The position numbers and the translations under genes were made by a program. The notes under the pieces are model-generated. The model did no database searches, had not been told where the DNA came from, and saw only the letters and a program-made list of their open reading frames with translations. 64,000 bases of DNA, taken from Azolla caroliniana. Lineage: Eukaryota > Plantae > Polypodiophyta. Shown piece by piece: positions 40,138-51,961 of this stretch; within the stretch, counting starts at the first letter, position 1; the number at the start of each line of letters is the position of its first letter. The stretch spans positions 1,984,001 to 2,048,000 of the forward strand of contig JBHGNT010000001.1 of NCBI GenBank assembly GCA_043228905.1, written 5' to 3'.

Positions 40138-41292
40138 GAGTTGATAATAAGAGAGTAGATGCTGATTCAACTATGACTACCACAACTTCACTAGTGGATT
40201 TGCAAGTTTGAGAAAACAATGCTAGAAAGCAAACATCAAGAAAATTACTAAAGACGTTGAATTGAAGATTGGTGATACCACATGAGGGCATTGAGGGGAA
40301 TAGTTGAGGTTAAAATCGACAAAGAGGAAGTTTAAGAAATAAAAGAAGGATTGAATGATATTGATGAGTAAAGCAAAAAATCTAATTTATTTTTGATTGT
40401 TGATAAAAATATGCATGTAAGGTTCATGCCGTTAAAGAAAGTCATAGAGGTTTCCCAACAAGCAATTGAACTCAAAGAATCTAATTTTCATTCAATCATT
40501 CACGTAGTATGCAAGAGAAGATTCATGCCATTGAAGAATAAGGCATTGAGGTGTCTAAACAAACCAAGGAGGAGACCGATGAGAAGGACAATAAAACCAA
40601 AGACACAATAGAGAATTGTGAAGAATCTGGTAAGTATTAGGCTAACGGAATGTCCAAGATAGCAAAAGAGAAGGTGACGAAGCCACCTTACCTTGGAAGT
40701 GGTTGTGGATGTAAATTCCAAGAAGATGCAAGCGTGGAAGAGAAAAAGGTTTCTAGATCCGTATGACATGTAAAAATATTGATACATCTTCTCATACGAG
40801 GCTATTGAGAAGATGGAAAATTTATCCCAAGATATCGATGAACCAACCGAGGAGGAATCAATCTATTGCATATAGATACCCTAACCCATGATAGATATAT
40901 TGCATTATGTGAGGAGGTTAGGCCAATGAAGGAAATTGACAAAAGGGGAATAAAGAGGAAGGGTAAGAAAAACACAAGCACTATCATTGTAGGAGGAAGT
41001 TTAAAAACTAGTTGACCAATACATTCAACAATGTGGAAGATGTGTTAGACCAAATATAAAAAAAAGGAACCTAGTTGGTAGCACATGAAGATGAGATAAT
41101 CCAATTTGCCATGATATAATTTGCATACCAATGCAAACCAAATTTGATACAAGTTGTTTGTCTGGGTAATTTCATTCTTCACTGAGGGAGTCAACTCCTT
41201 AGAATTGCTAGAAAGACATTGGATTTGGGCAATCTCTCTTCAAAGTTGGCACATACTAGAGAATGTTTGGGTTTGTTGGTAGATGTTGTGTC

Positions 41293-41765
41293 ACCTATTG
41301 CATACGTTGTGAACTAGCTTTAAATAAAGCAGTCTTATTGGTTTGTAAAGTGTCAAATAAGGGAGGCTATAGGACTAGGATTTAAGTCAAAATGAAAACC
41401 TTTGCAAATGTTACCTATTACACACGTTGTAAACTAGCTCTAAATCAATCAGTCTTATTGGTTGCAAAATTGTCGAATAAGGGAGAGACTATAGGACTAG
41501 GATTTAAGTCAAAATGAAAACATTTGGTAATGTTACATGTTACACACGTTGTGAACTAGCTTTAAATCAAGCATTCTTATTGGTTGCAAAAGTGTCGAAT
41601 AAGGGAGACTATAGGACGAGGATTTAAATCAAAATGAAAAGCAAATGTTACCTATTACACATTGTGAACTAGCTTTAAGTGAAGCAGTCTTATTGGTTGC
41701 AAAAGTGTTGAAAAAGGGAGGATGTAGGACTAAGAGCTAAGTCAAAATGAAAACGTTTGCAAATG
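41293..41765. repeat. ~117-bp tandem repeat x4 (second array at ~46253-46642)
   Basis: ttgt(g/a)aactagct..aa..agtcttattggtt..aagggag.ctataggac..ggatttaagtcaaaatgaaaa units. Confidence 0.9.
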
Positions 41766-42024
41766 TATAATTTATGGAGTATTTCAGTCAAATTTCACAA
41801 AGGAGGCTATAGGGCTAGTGTTCAAAGCAAATTTGAAACATTTCTAAATATGTATGTTGCCTTCATGAGTTCTTGTTGGGCCATCGACACATTGATTAAT
41901 CGGTCTCCTTACGGTTCTAGCTTCCAATCTTGTACACGGGTGTGCCTTTTTCTTTGTCTATTCACAACAAAAGTTAACCTGAGTGTGTCTTTTTTATTCA
42001 TGGCTGTTAGCGGTTTTGGTTAGG

Positions 42025-42250
42025 ACATCACGACAAGGGCCTCGTGCTTGGAACAAAGGATTCACTGCGCGATTCTTTTTTCATTTGGAGGAACTATAAA
42101 CATCACGGCGAGAGCCTCGTGCTTGGAACAAAGGATTCACTGCGCGATTCTTTTTTCATTTGGAGGAACTATAAACATCACGGCGAGGGCCTTGTGTTTG
42201 GAACAAAGGATTTTCTACGCCACTCTTTTTTTGTTTGGAGGAATTATATG
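42025..42250. repeat. 75-bp tandem repeat x3 (two units at ~46643-46780)
   Basis: catcacg..gag.gcctcgtgcttggaacaaaggatt...tttggaggaactataaa. Confidence 0.9.
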
Positions 42251-43106
42251 GAAAAGGTGTGGGGGCCACCACATCAATGACATCTCTCTCCTACCGCAGT
42301 TTTAGGTTTTGGGGGTCTCTAGAATCGCATGAGAATCAAGCAAAAAGATCCCAAAGATGAATAAAACCAAAATTTTGTGTTTTAGTTTGGATGCAAGATA
42401 TGGAAAAATGGTTTGGATGATGGGGATGCAACACACTTGCTTCATGATACATCACTAGAGTCCTGTGTAAACGAGGCCTTTTTGCAATGCCAATGTATCA
42501 TGACATGAGAAAAATGTGGGGGCTACCACTTTACACATTAGTTATACTACACATGTTGCACCAAACAACAAAACCATATGCTTTGCCAAACGGGAAAACC
42601 GTTCATATCGGTACATGTCAAAAAGCCTATCATGTTGTCTGCCATCCGAACCATTGCTTCCATGTGACTTAGCTCACATGCATTGGGGCACAAGTGATGA
42701 GGGTGGTCGGCTATGCACATAGTATCGCACTTTAATACAATACTATGTGCCTTTTGATCATATGGGGACTATGCTTTCCATACATCGTCGACCAAACCCA
42801 ATCCTTGCAAGAATTTCGCTCACAGTGTCACAATGTGCACTTTCGATTGAACAACGCAGGCCGCCACTATCTGCAAAGACAATAATAATAGAATCTATGT
42901 CTCCTTTTGCTTCTTCTTTTTCTGCCTTTGCTTTTCCCCTGGTCACACACATTCTATGAGATCTTTCTCGGTCTCTCACCCTTTTGCTTTTGCTTTTGCT
43001 TTTGCTTTTCCGTTGGCCACATCAATCATCTTTCTCTGTCTCTCATCACCCCTCTTCTTCCCTTTCTTCTTCTCTGTGCTCTGTTTCTGCTTGCCTCTCA
43101 TTAGCC

Positions 43107-45783
43107 ATGGCATCCCACTCATCCATTCTTCTCAGTAGCGGCTACAAGATGCCTATCATCGGCCTTGGCTTGTGGAGGGCGGATCCACAAATCCTCCGCA
43201 CTCTCATCTGCCATTCCATTCTCCTAGGTTATCGCCATTTTGACTGTGCTGGTAAAACTCAATTCTCTTTCAAATGCATAATGCCAATATGTGTTCACAG
43301 TATTATTTCCATGCATATGCATACCAATTTTCATTTATGCGGCTATGAAGATCATGGTATCTCCGTATTTTGTTTTCTTTTTCAATGTCCATCTCCATGG
43401 CTATGGACATCACTTTGTCTCTATTTTTTCTCTCTTTATAAAAACGTACATAACAAATATTGTGTCCAAAATACACATATGAATTTTACAAACCTTTAAT
43501 GGATACCAATCCTCCTAGTGCTGTTTTTGTATTTGATACATTTGGTATTTCAATGTTTAAGTGTGCCATCGAAAGCTACATTGAAGATGCTTGCTTCCTA
43601 TCCAGACATAACGGTGGTGAATCGTGATTGCCATTTTTCAAACTTTTATGGAAATTACTGCCCGTATCTCACGTATTTTGAAATATTCCGGCAAATACTC
43701 ATGAATGTTTCAGTAATATTCACTCAATCCAAGTCAGAATGTAATGCAAATAAGAATGTTATATTAGCGTGATCACACATTTCTATATTTGCAAACGGAT
43801 TCACCATAATCTGAAATTTTGTCCTTAATTTATACACCTCAGCTTTGTGTAATTGACTGAAAGCATGTTTTTTGTTTTCTCTTTAGCTCATTATAAGAAT
43901 GAAAATGAGGCCGGGGACGCTCTCTCTGACGTTTTGCGACAGGGCTTAGTCAAAAGAGAGGAGCTTTTCATAACCACCAAGGTGAGTGAGTATCTTCGAC
44001 GTATTATTCAGACATCTTTAAAGCTGAGAGAATATAGCTTATGACGAATACTGAACAATCAAAACAATTGTTCTGTTTTTATGCCATATCTTAGTTATGG
44101 AATTCAGATCATGGAAATGTTCGTGAAGCTTGCCTCGACAGTTTGAAAAAACTTAAGCTAGATTACCTGGATTTGTATTTGGTTCACTTTCCAGTTGCCA
44201 CTAAGCACACAGGTTAAAGATAAAACTAAGACTGGTTGGTTCGTTTTATCTGACAGTTTGTGACATTAGAAAAGCAAGAAGAAAATAACCTCTCTTTTTG
44301 TTTTTACTCTTTCCTTTTTCTAAGAGAATTGGTAATTGTTATCTTGGTTGAAGGTGTGGGGACAACAAGGAGTGCTATGGATAGTGAGGGGGTTCTTGAT
44401 ATTGACATGACAATCTCATTGGAAACAACGTGGCATGCAATGGAAGATCTAGTTACTGAAGGATTAGCTCGCAGCATCGGGATTAGGTAAACATTACTTC
44501 TGTAATTAGATTGTTGAATTTCAGATTTCTCTGCTAGGTTGCAAGATAATGCATTTGCGATATCACCAGAATCCCTCTGCCCCTAAATTCTAGAAGCTTA
44601 AGGGACACGCTCTGGTAAATACCCAACAAGTTTAGAGTATTTTTTCTGTATGAATTTATTGGGATAGTTGTTTGGCAAATTTCAAAATCTGAGAGGTGTC
44701 TTTTGTAATTATACAAATCAAATTCGAAGGTTTTCCACAGCCTTTTCCATGAGCTTGGGCAGTTGAACTTTCTGTGTTGCCAAATTGGTGTACTAAAAGT
44801 GGTTCATTTTCAAGCAAACAAAGGTTAAGAAAAAAGAAATGTGATAACCCTAAACCCTAAACCCTTGTTCTCTAAATACACCAAATATGTAAATGCAGCC
44901 CACTCTAGAAAAAATGCTGACTAGATTTATGTAGCGCAAGATAGCTCACCTACACAACCTCACGTAACTGATTCTTTTTGTTTCTTTTGTGTTTTTTCTT
45001 TTATAGCAATTATGACCTGTGTCTGACTCGAGATTGCTTGGCATACTCAAAGATCAAGCCTGCAGTGAACCAAATCGAGACACATCCTTATTTCCAGAGG
45101 GAGTCGTTGGTCAAGTTTTGTCAGAAGCATGGTGTTGTTGTGACAGCACATACTCCCCTTGGTGGTGGTGCTGCGAACATTGAGTTGTTTGGTTCTGTTT
45201 CTGCTCTTGATGACCCTGTCATCCAGGTACGCGTTTCTGCTAACAAGTCTTTTCTGCCATTTCTGGTTGAACGTTATTCATTCATACACTTTTTATGCTT
45301 TTGTGGCATTCTTGATAAGTTTGCTGTATTAAATCAATCATAAAAGATAACCTCCGACAGCATTTTCCTCCACAAAGGAGTATTCATGGATACCTAATGA
45401 TATGATGGATTTCAGCTTGCCCGATTATTCTTCTAATGCAGTGTCCAAAATGTACAACTTGCCTGTATTGCATTTTATGTACATCTTTCTGTCTTCCCAG
45501 ATTTAACTCCAATACTTCATTAACGATGCTTTTTTTGCACATGGATTTATAGAATTTGGCAAAGAAATATGGTCGAACAGCCGCACAGATCATCCTTCGA
45601 TGGGGCATTCAAAGAAAAACGGTTGTGATACCAAAGTCGAGCCGAATTGAAAGGCTTGAGGAAAACATAAAAATCTTTGATTTTGAGTTATCAAGTGAAG
45701 ATATGGAGGTCATCAAACATGTGGATAAGAATTATCGTACAAATCAACCTGCCAAATTCTGGGGCGTCAATTTATTTGCATGA
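43107..45783 (+). CDS. Aldo-keto reductase copy 2 (S6PDH/M6PR family), chimeric, 313 aa
   Basis: Exons 43107-43251, 43887-43981, 44095-44212, 44354-44486, 45007-45226, 45553-45783 (942 nt, GT-AG, open). HFDCAAHYKNE, ITTKLW, LVHFP. Confidence 0.94.
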
Positions 45784-46252
45784 ACGAATAATTTCCTCTT
45801 CTCGTAGACTCTCTAGGAATAATCTTCTTTTTGTCATAGAAGATGCTTTTCTTTTGTCTACCTTTTTATAAAGAATTTGACAAACTTAGTTTAATGATGC
45901 CATGTTCGATCGTCCGCTTGATTTTCTTTCCAAATTTGCATTTTAGGTTAAGAGTCTTTGATGTGAATGATGCTTTGAAATGTTCTTAGATGTTGAAACC
46001 CGTACATAGCAAGAATCATTGTGAGTTCTAGTAATTCATTGATAGTAGCACATGAAGATGAGATAATCCAATTTGCCATGATATAACTTGCATACCAATG
46101 CAAACCAAATGTGATACTTGTCTAGGTAATTTCATTCTTCACGGAGGGAGTCAACTCCTTAGAAATGCTAGAAAGACATTGGATTTGGGCAATCTCTCTT
46201 CAAAGTTGGCACATACTAGAGAATGTTTGGGTTTTTTGGCAAATGTTGTGTC

Positions 46253-46642
46253 ACCTATTGCATACGTTGTGAACTAGCTTTAAATCAAGTAGTCTTATTG
46301 GTTGCAAAAATGTCGAATAAGGGAGGCTATAGGACTAGGATTTAAGTAAAAAATGAAAACATTTGCAAATGTTACCTATTATAGACGTTGTGAACTAGCT
46401 TTAAATCAAGTTGTCTTATTGGTTGCAAAATTGTTGAATAAGGGAGACCATAGGACTAGGATTTAAGTCAAAATGAAAACATTTGCAAATGTTACTTGTT
46501 ACACACATTGTGAACTAGCTTTAAATCAAGCATTCTTATTGGTTGCGAAAGTGTCGAATAAGGGAGACTATAGGACAAGGATTTAAGTCAAAATGAAAAC
46601 ATTTGCAAATGTTACCTATGACACATTGTGAACTAGCTTTAA
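46253..46642. repeat. ~119-bp tandem repeat x3.3, duplicate of the 41293 array
   Basis: Same unit sequence as 41293-41765. Confidence 0.88.
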
Positions 46643-46809
46643 CCTCGTGCTTGGAACAAAGGATTCGTTGCACAATTCTTTTTTTGTTTGGAGGAACTAT
46701 AAACATCACAACGAGGGCCTCATGTTTGGAACAAAGGATTTGTTGCGCAACTCTTTTTTTTGTTTGGAGGAACTATATTGAAAAGGTGTGGGGGCCACCA
46801 CATTAATGA

Positions 46810-46855
<46 letters not shown>

Positions 46856-47688
46856 CCCCCCCCCCCCATAATCGGATGAGAATCAAGCAAAAAGGTCCCA
46901 AAGATGAATAAAACCAAAAGTTTGTGTTTTATTTTGGATGCAAGATATGGAAAAATGGTTTGGAAGATGGGGATGCAACACACTTGCTTCATGATACATC
47001 ACTAGATTCCTGTGTAAACGAGGCCTTTTTGCAATGCCAATGTATCATGACATGGGAACAATGTGGGGGCTACCACTTTACACATTAATTATATATACTA
47101 CACATGTTGCAGCAAACAACAAAACCATATTCTTTGCCAAACGAGGAAATCGTTCATATCGGTACATGTTAGAGCCTATCATGTTGTCTGCCATCTGAAC
47201 CATTGATTCCATGTGACTTATAGCTCACATGCATCGGGGGCACAGGTGATGAGAGTGGCCGACTATGCACACTTTGCCTGAACAAGTTTGAGAGTCCAGA
47301 GTATCGCACTTTAATACAATGCTCTGTGCCTTTTTTATCATATGGGACTATGCTTTCCATACATCTTTGACCAGACACAATCCGTGAACGAATTTCTCTC
47401 ACGGTGTCACAGTGTGCACATTCGATTGCAACATTCATTGGTAAAAGTTCTTGCGCATTGCGGGCCACTACTATCTCCAAAGACAATAATAGAATCTATG
47501 TCTCCTTTTGCTTCTTCTCTTCTTCTTTTTTCTACCTTTGCTTTTCCGCTGGCCACATTCATTTGATGAGATCTTTTCTCGGTCTCTCACCCTTTTGCTT
47601 TTGCTTTTGCTTTTGCTTTTCCGTTGGCCACATCAATGATCTTTCTCTCTGTTTTCTCCCCCATTTGCTTTTGCTTTTGCTTTTCCGC

Positions 47689-47742
<54 letters not shown>

Positions 47743-47943
47743 GTCGCAATTCGCCATGTGTCTCTGATTCCAGATTCCCTTTTCCTTCAGACAGAGATTC
47801 AATGCATATACCTTTGATGCGTCTCTGTCCTCCCCCTTCGCAGGTCCCTCGCGGCCTCAGGGCTTCCCCTGCCCTGTGGAATCAGGCCGATTGTCAGTGA
47901 ATAATGACTGCTATGTGGGCGATGCTGCAGCCTCCAGCCAACG

Positions 47944-50496
47944 ATTCTTCTCAGTAGCGGCTACAAGATGCCTGTCATCGGCCTCGGCCTGGTTTGTTAT
48001 CCAGGCATAACTGTGGTGAATCGTGATTGCCATTTTTCAAGCTTTTTTTATGGAAATTACTGCCTGTACCTCACGTATTTTGAAATATTCACGCAAATAC
48101 ACATGAATGTTTCAGTAATATTCAGTCAATCCAAGTCAGAATGTAACGCAAAGGAGCATGTTATATTAGCGTGATCACACATTTCTATATTTGCAAAGGG
48201 ATTCACCATAATCTGAAATTTTGTCCTTAATTTATACACCTCAGCTTTGTGTAATTGACTGAAAGCATGTTTTTTGTTTTCTCTTTAGCTAAATTATAAG
48301 AATGAAAAAGAGGTCGGGAACGCTCTCTCTGAGGTTTTCCGACAGGGCTTAGTCAAAACAGAGGAGTTTTTCATAACCACCAAGGTGGGTGAGTATCTTC
48401 AAAACGTATTATTCAGACATCTTTAACGCTGAGAGAATGTAGCTTATGACGAATACTGAACAATCAAAACAATTGTTCTGTTTTTATGCCATATCTTAGT
48501 TATGGAATTCAGATCATGGAAATGTTCGTGAAGCTTGCCTAGACAGTTTGAAAAAACTTCGATTTGTATTTGGTTCACTTTCCAGTTGCCACTGAGCATA
48601 CAGGTTAATGATATAACTAATACTGGTTGGTTCCTTTTATCTGACAGTTTGTGACATAAGAAAAGCAAGAAGAAAATAACCTCTCTCTCTCTCTCTCTCT
48701 CTTTTACTCTTTCCTTTTTCTAAGGGAATTGGTAATTTTTTGTCTTGGTTGAAGGTGTGGGGACAACAAGGAGTGCTATGGATAGTGAGGGGGTTCTGGA
48801 TATTGACATTACAATCTCATTGGAAATTACATGGCATGCCATGGAAGATCTAGTTACTGACGGATTAGTTCGAAGCATCGGGATTAGGTAAATATTACGT
48901 CTTTAATTAGCTTGTTGAAATTTCCAGCTTGTTCTGCTAGATTGCAAGGTAGTGAATGCATTTGCAATATTACCAGGATACCCCTCTCCCTCTAAACTTC
49001 AGAAACATAAGGGGCATTCTGGTAAATACTAAACAAGTTAGCAGTACTTTCATTGTGTAGTAGATGTATATAGGGTTATGCTTTTTCGCAAATTTTGGGT
49101 GTCTTTTGGTAGGTACCCAAAACATTTTTGAAGGTTTGCCATAGTCTATTCTGTGAGCTTAGGCAGTTGGGCTTTTTGTGTGTCACCCTTGTGTTTTTTA
49201 TGAGTTGTGTTTCACCAAAATGGTTCATTTTCAAGTAAAAAAATGTTCAAAAAGAAAGGAAATGGAAGAAGCAAAATCCAATCTCTTTTACCCTGTGCTC
49301 CAAATGTACCGAATTTTGCATTGTTAATGCAGCCCATTCTAGAAACAATACGTCAGCTACACAGGCTCACTTGAACTGTCCCCAACCGAAGAACTGATTC
49401 CTTTTGTTTGTTCTTTTGTCTTCGTTCTTTTATAGCAATTATGACCCATCTTTGACTTGAGATTGCTTGGCATACTCAAAGATCAAGCCTGCAGTGAATC
49501 AAATCGAGACACATCCTTATTTCCAGAGGGAGTGTTTGGTCAAGTTTTGTCAGAAGTATGGTGTTGTCGTGACAGCACATACTCCTCTTGGCGGTGGTGC
49601 TGCAAATATTGAGTTGTTTGGTTCTGTTTCTGCTCTTGTTAACCCTGTCATCCAGGTTTGTGTTTCTGCTATCAATTGGTTTTTTCCATTTCTGGTTGAA
49701 GATTCATTCATCCATACATAAACTTTTTATGCCTTTGTTGTATTGTTGATATATTTTCTGTATCACATCAATCATAAAAATTATTGAAGTAACAAAATAC
49801 TATATTCATAACATTTTGGAAATTTGATATGTGATAAACTCAGAGAACATTTTTTCCCTCAAATAAGTATTTATGGACACACAAGAGAATGAAGTATTTC
49901 AGTTGGCCTGATTCTATTTTCTACATTGTGTATATATATGCATCCATCAGCTGTATAAGTACATTATGTATCAATGATGGTTTATAGATAGCAATGCATT
50001 TTTGGCACAATTTTTTTTACTTTCAAGGCCCATATGGATCATTGATTTTAGCTGCTGATTCTTTAATATGGCTCATGTTGATACTATATTTTGGAAAAAA
50101 TAAATGTGGATTTTAACTACTTTATAATGCCCCGAGCTTATAAATACAGATTCTTTAAATGGGCATTAATGTTTGAATCTAATCAGTCTCTACTGTTACA
50201 CAATTATGCAACTGTCTTTCTGTGTTTCAAGATTTAATATTGATACCTTGCACATGGATTTACAGAATTTGGCAAAGAAATATGGTCGAACAGCAGCACA
50301 GATTATCCTCTGTTGGGGAATTCAAAGAAAAACAGTAGTGATCCCAAAGTCGAGCCATATTGAAAGGCTTGAAGAGAACATAAAAATCTTTGATTTCGAG
50401 TTATCAAGTGAAGATATGGAGGTCATCAAACATGTTGATAAGAATTATCGCACAAATCAACCTGCCAAGTTCTGGGGCATCGATTTTTTCGCATGA
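47944..50496 (+). pseudogene. Aldo-keto reductase copy 3, pseudogene
   Basis: Original start codon replaced by foreign sequence; deletion at ~47992 removes the end of exon 1 (catalytic Asp and donor); +1 frameshift at the exon 2 start (ctaaattataag, 48289); ~14-nt deletion in exon 3 (~48560); CGA>TGA at 49458-49460; last exon intact to 50496. Confidence 0.9.
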
Positions 50497-51961
50497 GCGA
50501 ATAGTTTCCTATCCTCATAGGCTGTCTTCAAATGGCATTCCTTTTGTCATGGAAGAACCTTTGGTTTTTGCCTATACCTTTTGAGAAAGAAATTGAAAGG
50601 CTTCACCAGACCATGCCATTCTTGAGTGTTCCCTCGATTTCCTCTCCAAATTTGCTGTTTAATGTAATGAGTGTTTAATATGAATGATGGTTTGAACGGT
50701 TTTAGATATTGAGAAACGTTTCATAGCAAAAATCATTTGAGCTGAATGATGGTTTGAACAGTTTTAGATATTGAGAAACGTTTCATAGCGAAAATCGTTT
50801 GAGCTCTAATAATTCATTAGGCAGTAGAGCTATGCATGGTATACATATCGTACTAGCAACATTACGAGACAGGAGGTGTTTCCTTGCAACAGGTTCGTTC
50901 CTGTGTGAGATGGGCATGGCTTTGCGTGTTCAGGTAGAAGTCTGCTCCTTCCAAACACACTTGGGTGGAACTTTGTTTAGGCCTCTTAACTAAACCAGTG
51001 CAAAATAGAATAAATTGCTATCTAAAGCAGACTAGATTAAATTGTTATCTTTTTAGCCTCTGTTTTTGTCAACAAATAGGCAAAACTTAGAAAGTCTAAT
51101 ATTTGTGCTACTTAGGTCAAGTTAAATGTCATTCTGATTAATTGTTCACTGCCAATTAGAGGATTAATGCAAGATTAATCATACTTATTACCTACATCAA
51201 GCTAATATACCATTTGCAGTCATGATTGCTAGATAATTAAGCTAATGCATATTGTACATACACAGTGTGCCTTTATGCTCCAAACTTAATTAAGTGAAAA
51301 TTAGTGATCAATTTTCATTTGCGTGTGAGCTATGACCTCTTTTTGCAAATCTCTGTAAGTACATTCAGGCAATTTTGCAAATATCTGATGTATCACTTCA
51401 CATCTTTTCAGACTTTCGCAACTCCACAAGTTTCCTAGTACATAAGATCAAACAGAAATCAATCACAATGTCAACCTATGAGACTCTCCTTTTAACACGC
51501 AATCTCAGTAGTATATACATGCTGCTATCCCAAGAAACCAAAATAAGCATTTTCTACACACCTACCAACCATTTGCTGACGGAGTAAGAAATTTTGTTCC
51601 CTCTATATCAGACCATTCTTCCTGTTGCTGCTATTGCCCTCAATTTTTATGCAGTACCTAAAACTAGCAAACACAAATTATTCTCAATTCTTATGTAGAA
51701 CTCAACTGGCAAACATATATTTGCATCAAACTATTTGATGTTTTCCACCAATCCTGAACTCAAAATTCCATTTAAGAACATTACACGCTTCATTTCTACA
51801 AAGTGCTTACCTATTTTGGACGTTTTTCTACAATACAAACTTAAGTACTCAAAGCATTCAACATTGGGCACCTAGTACATGAGCAAGGGCAAAGGGCATG
51901 AAAGAGAAGCTACATTAATATTCCATGCTTCAATAGGGAAATTTAGATTTCTGTTCAAACC

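Noticed and set aside
39338-41060. 126-aa and other ORFs in the AKR spacer
   Set aside because: No recognisable motifs; the region is deleted in the duplicate and interrupted by a MITE, so probably decayed TE sequence.
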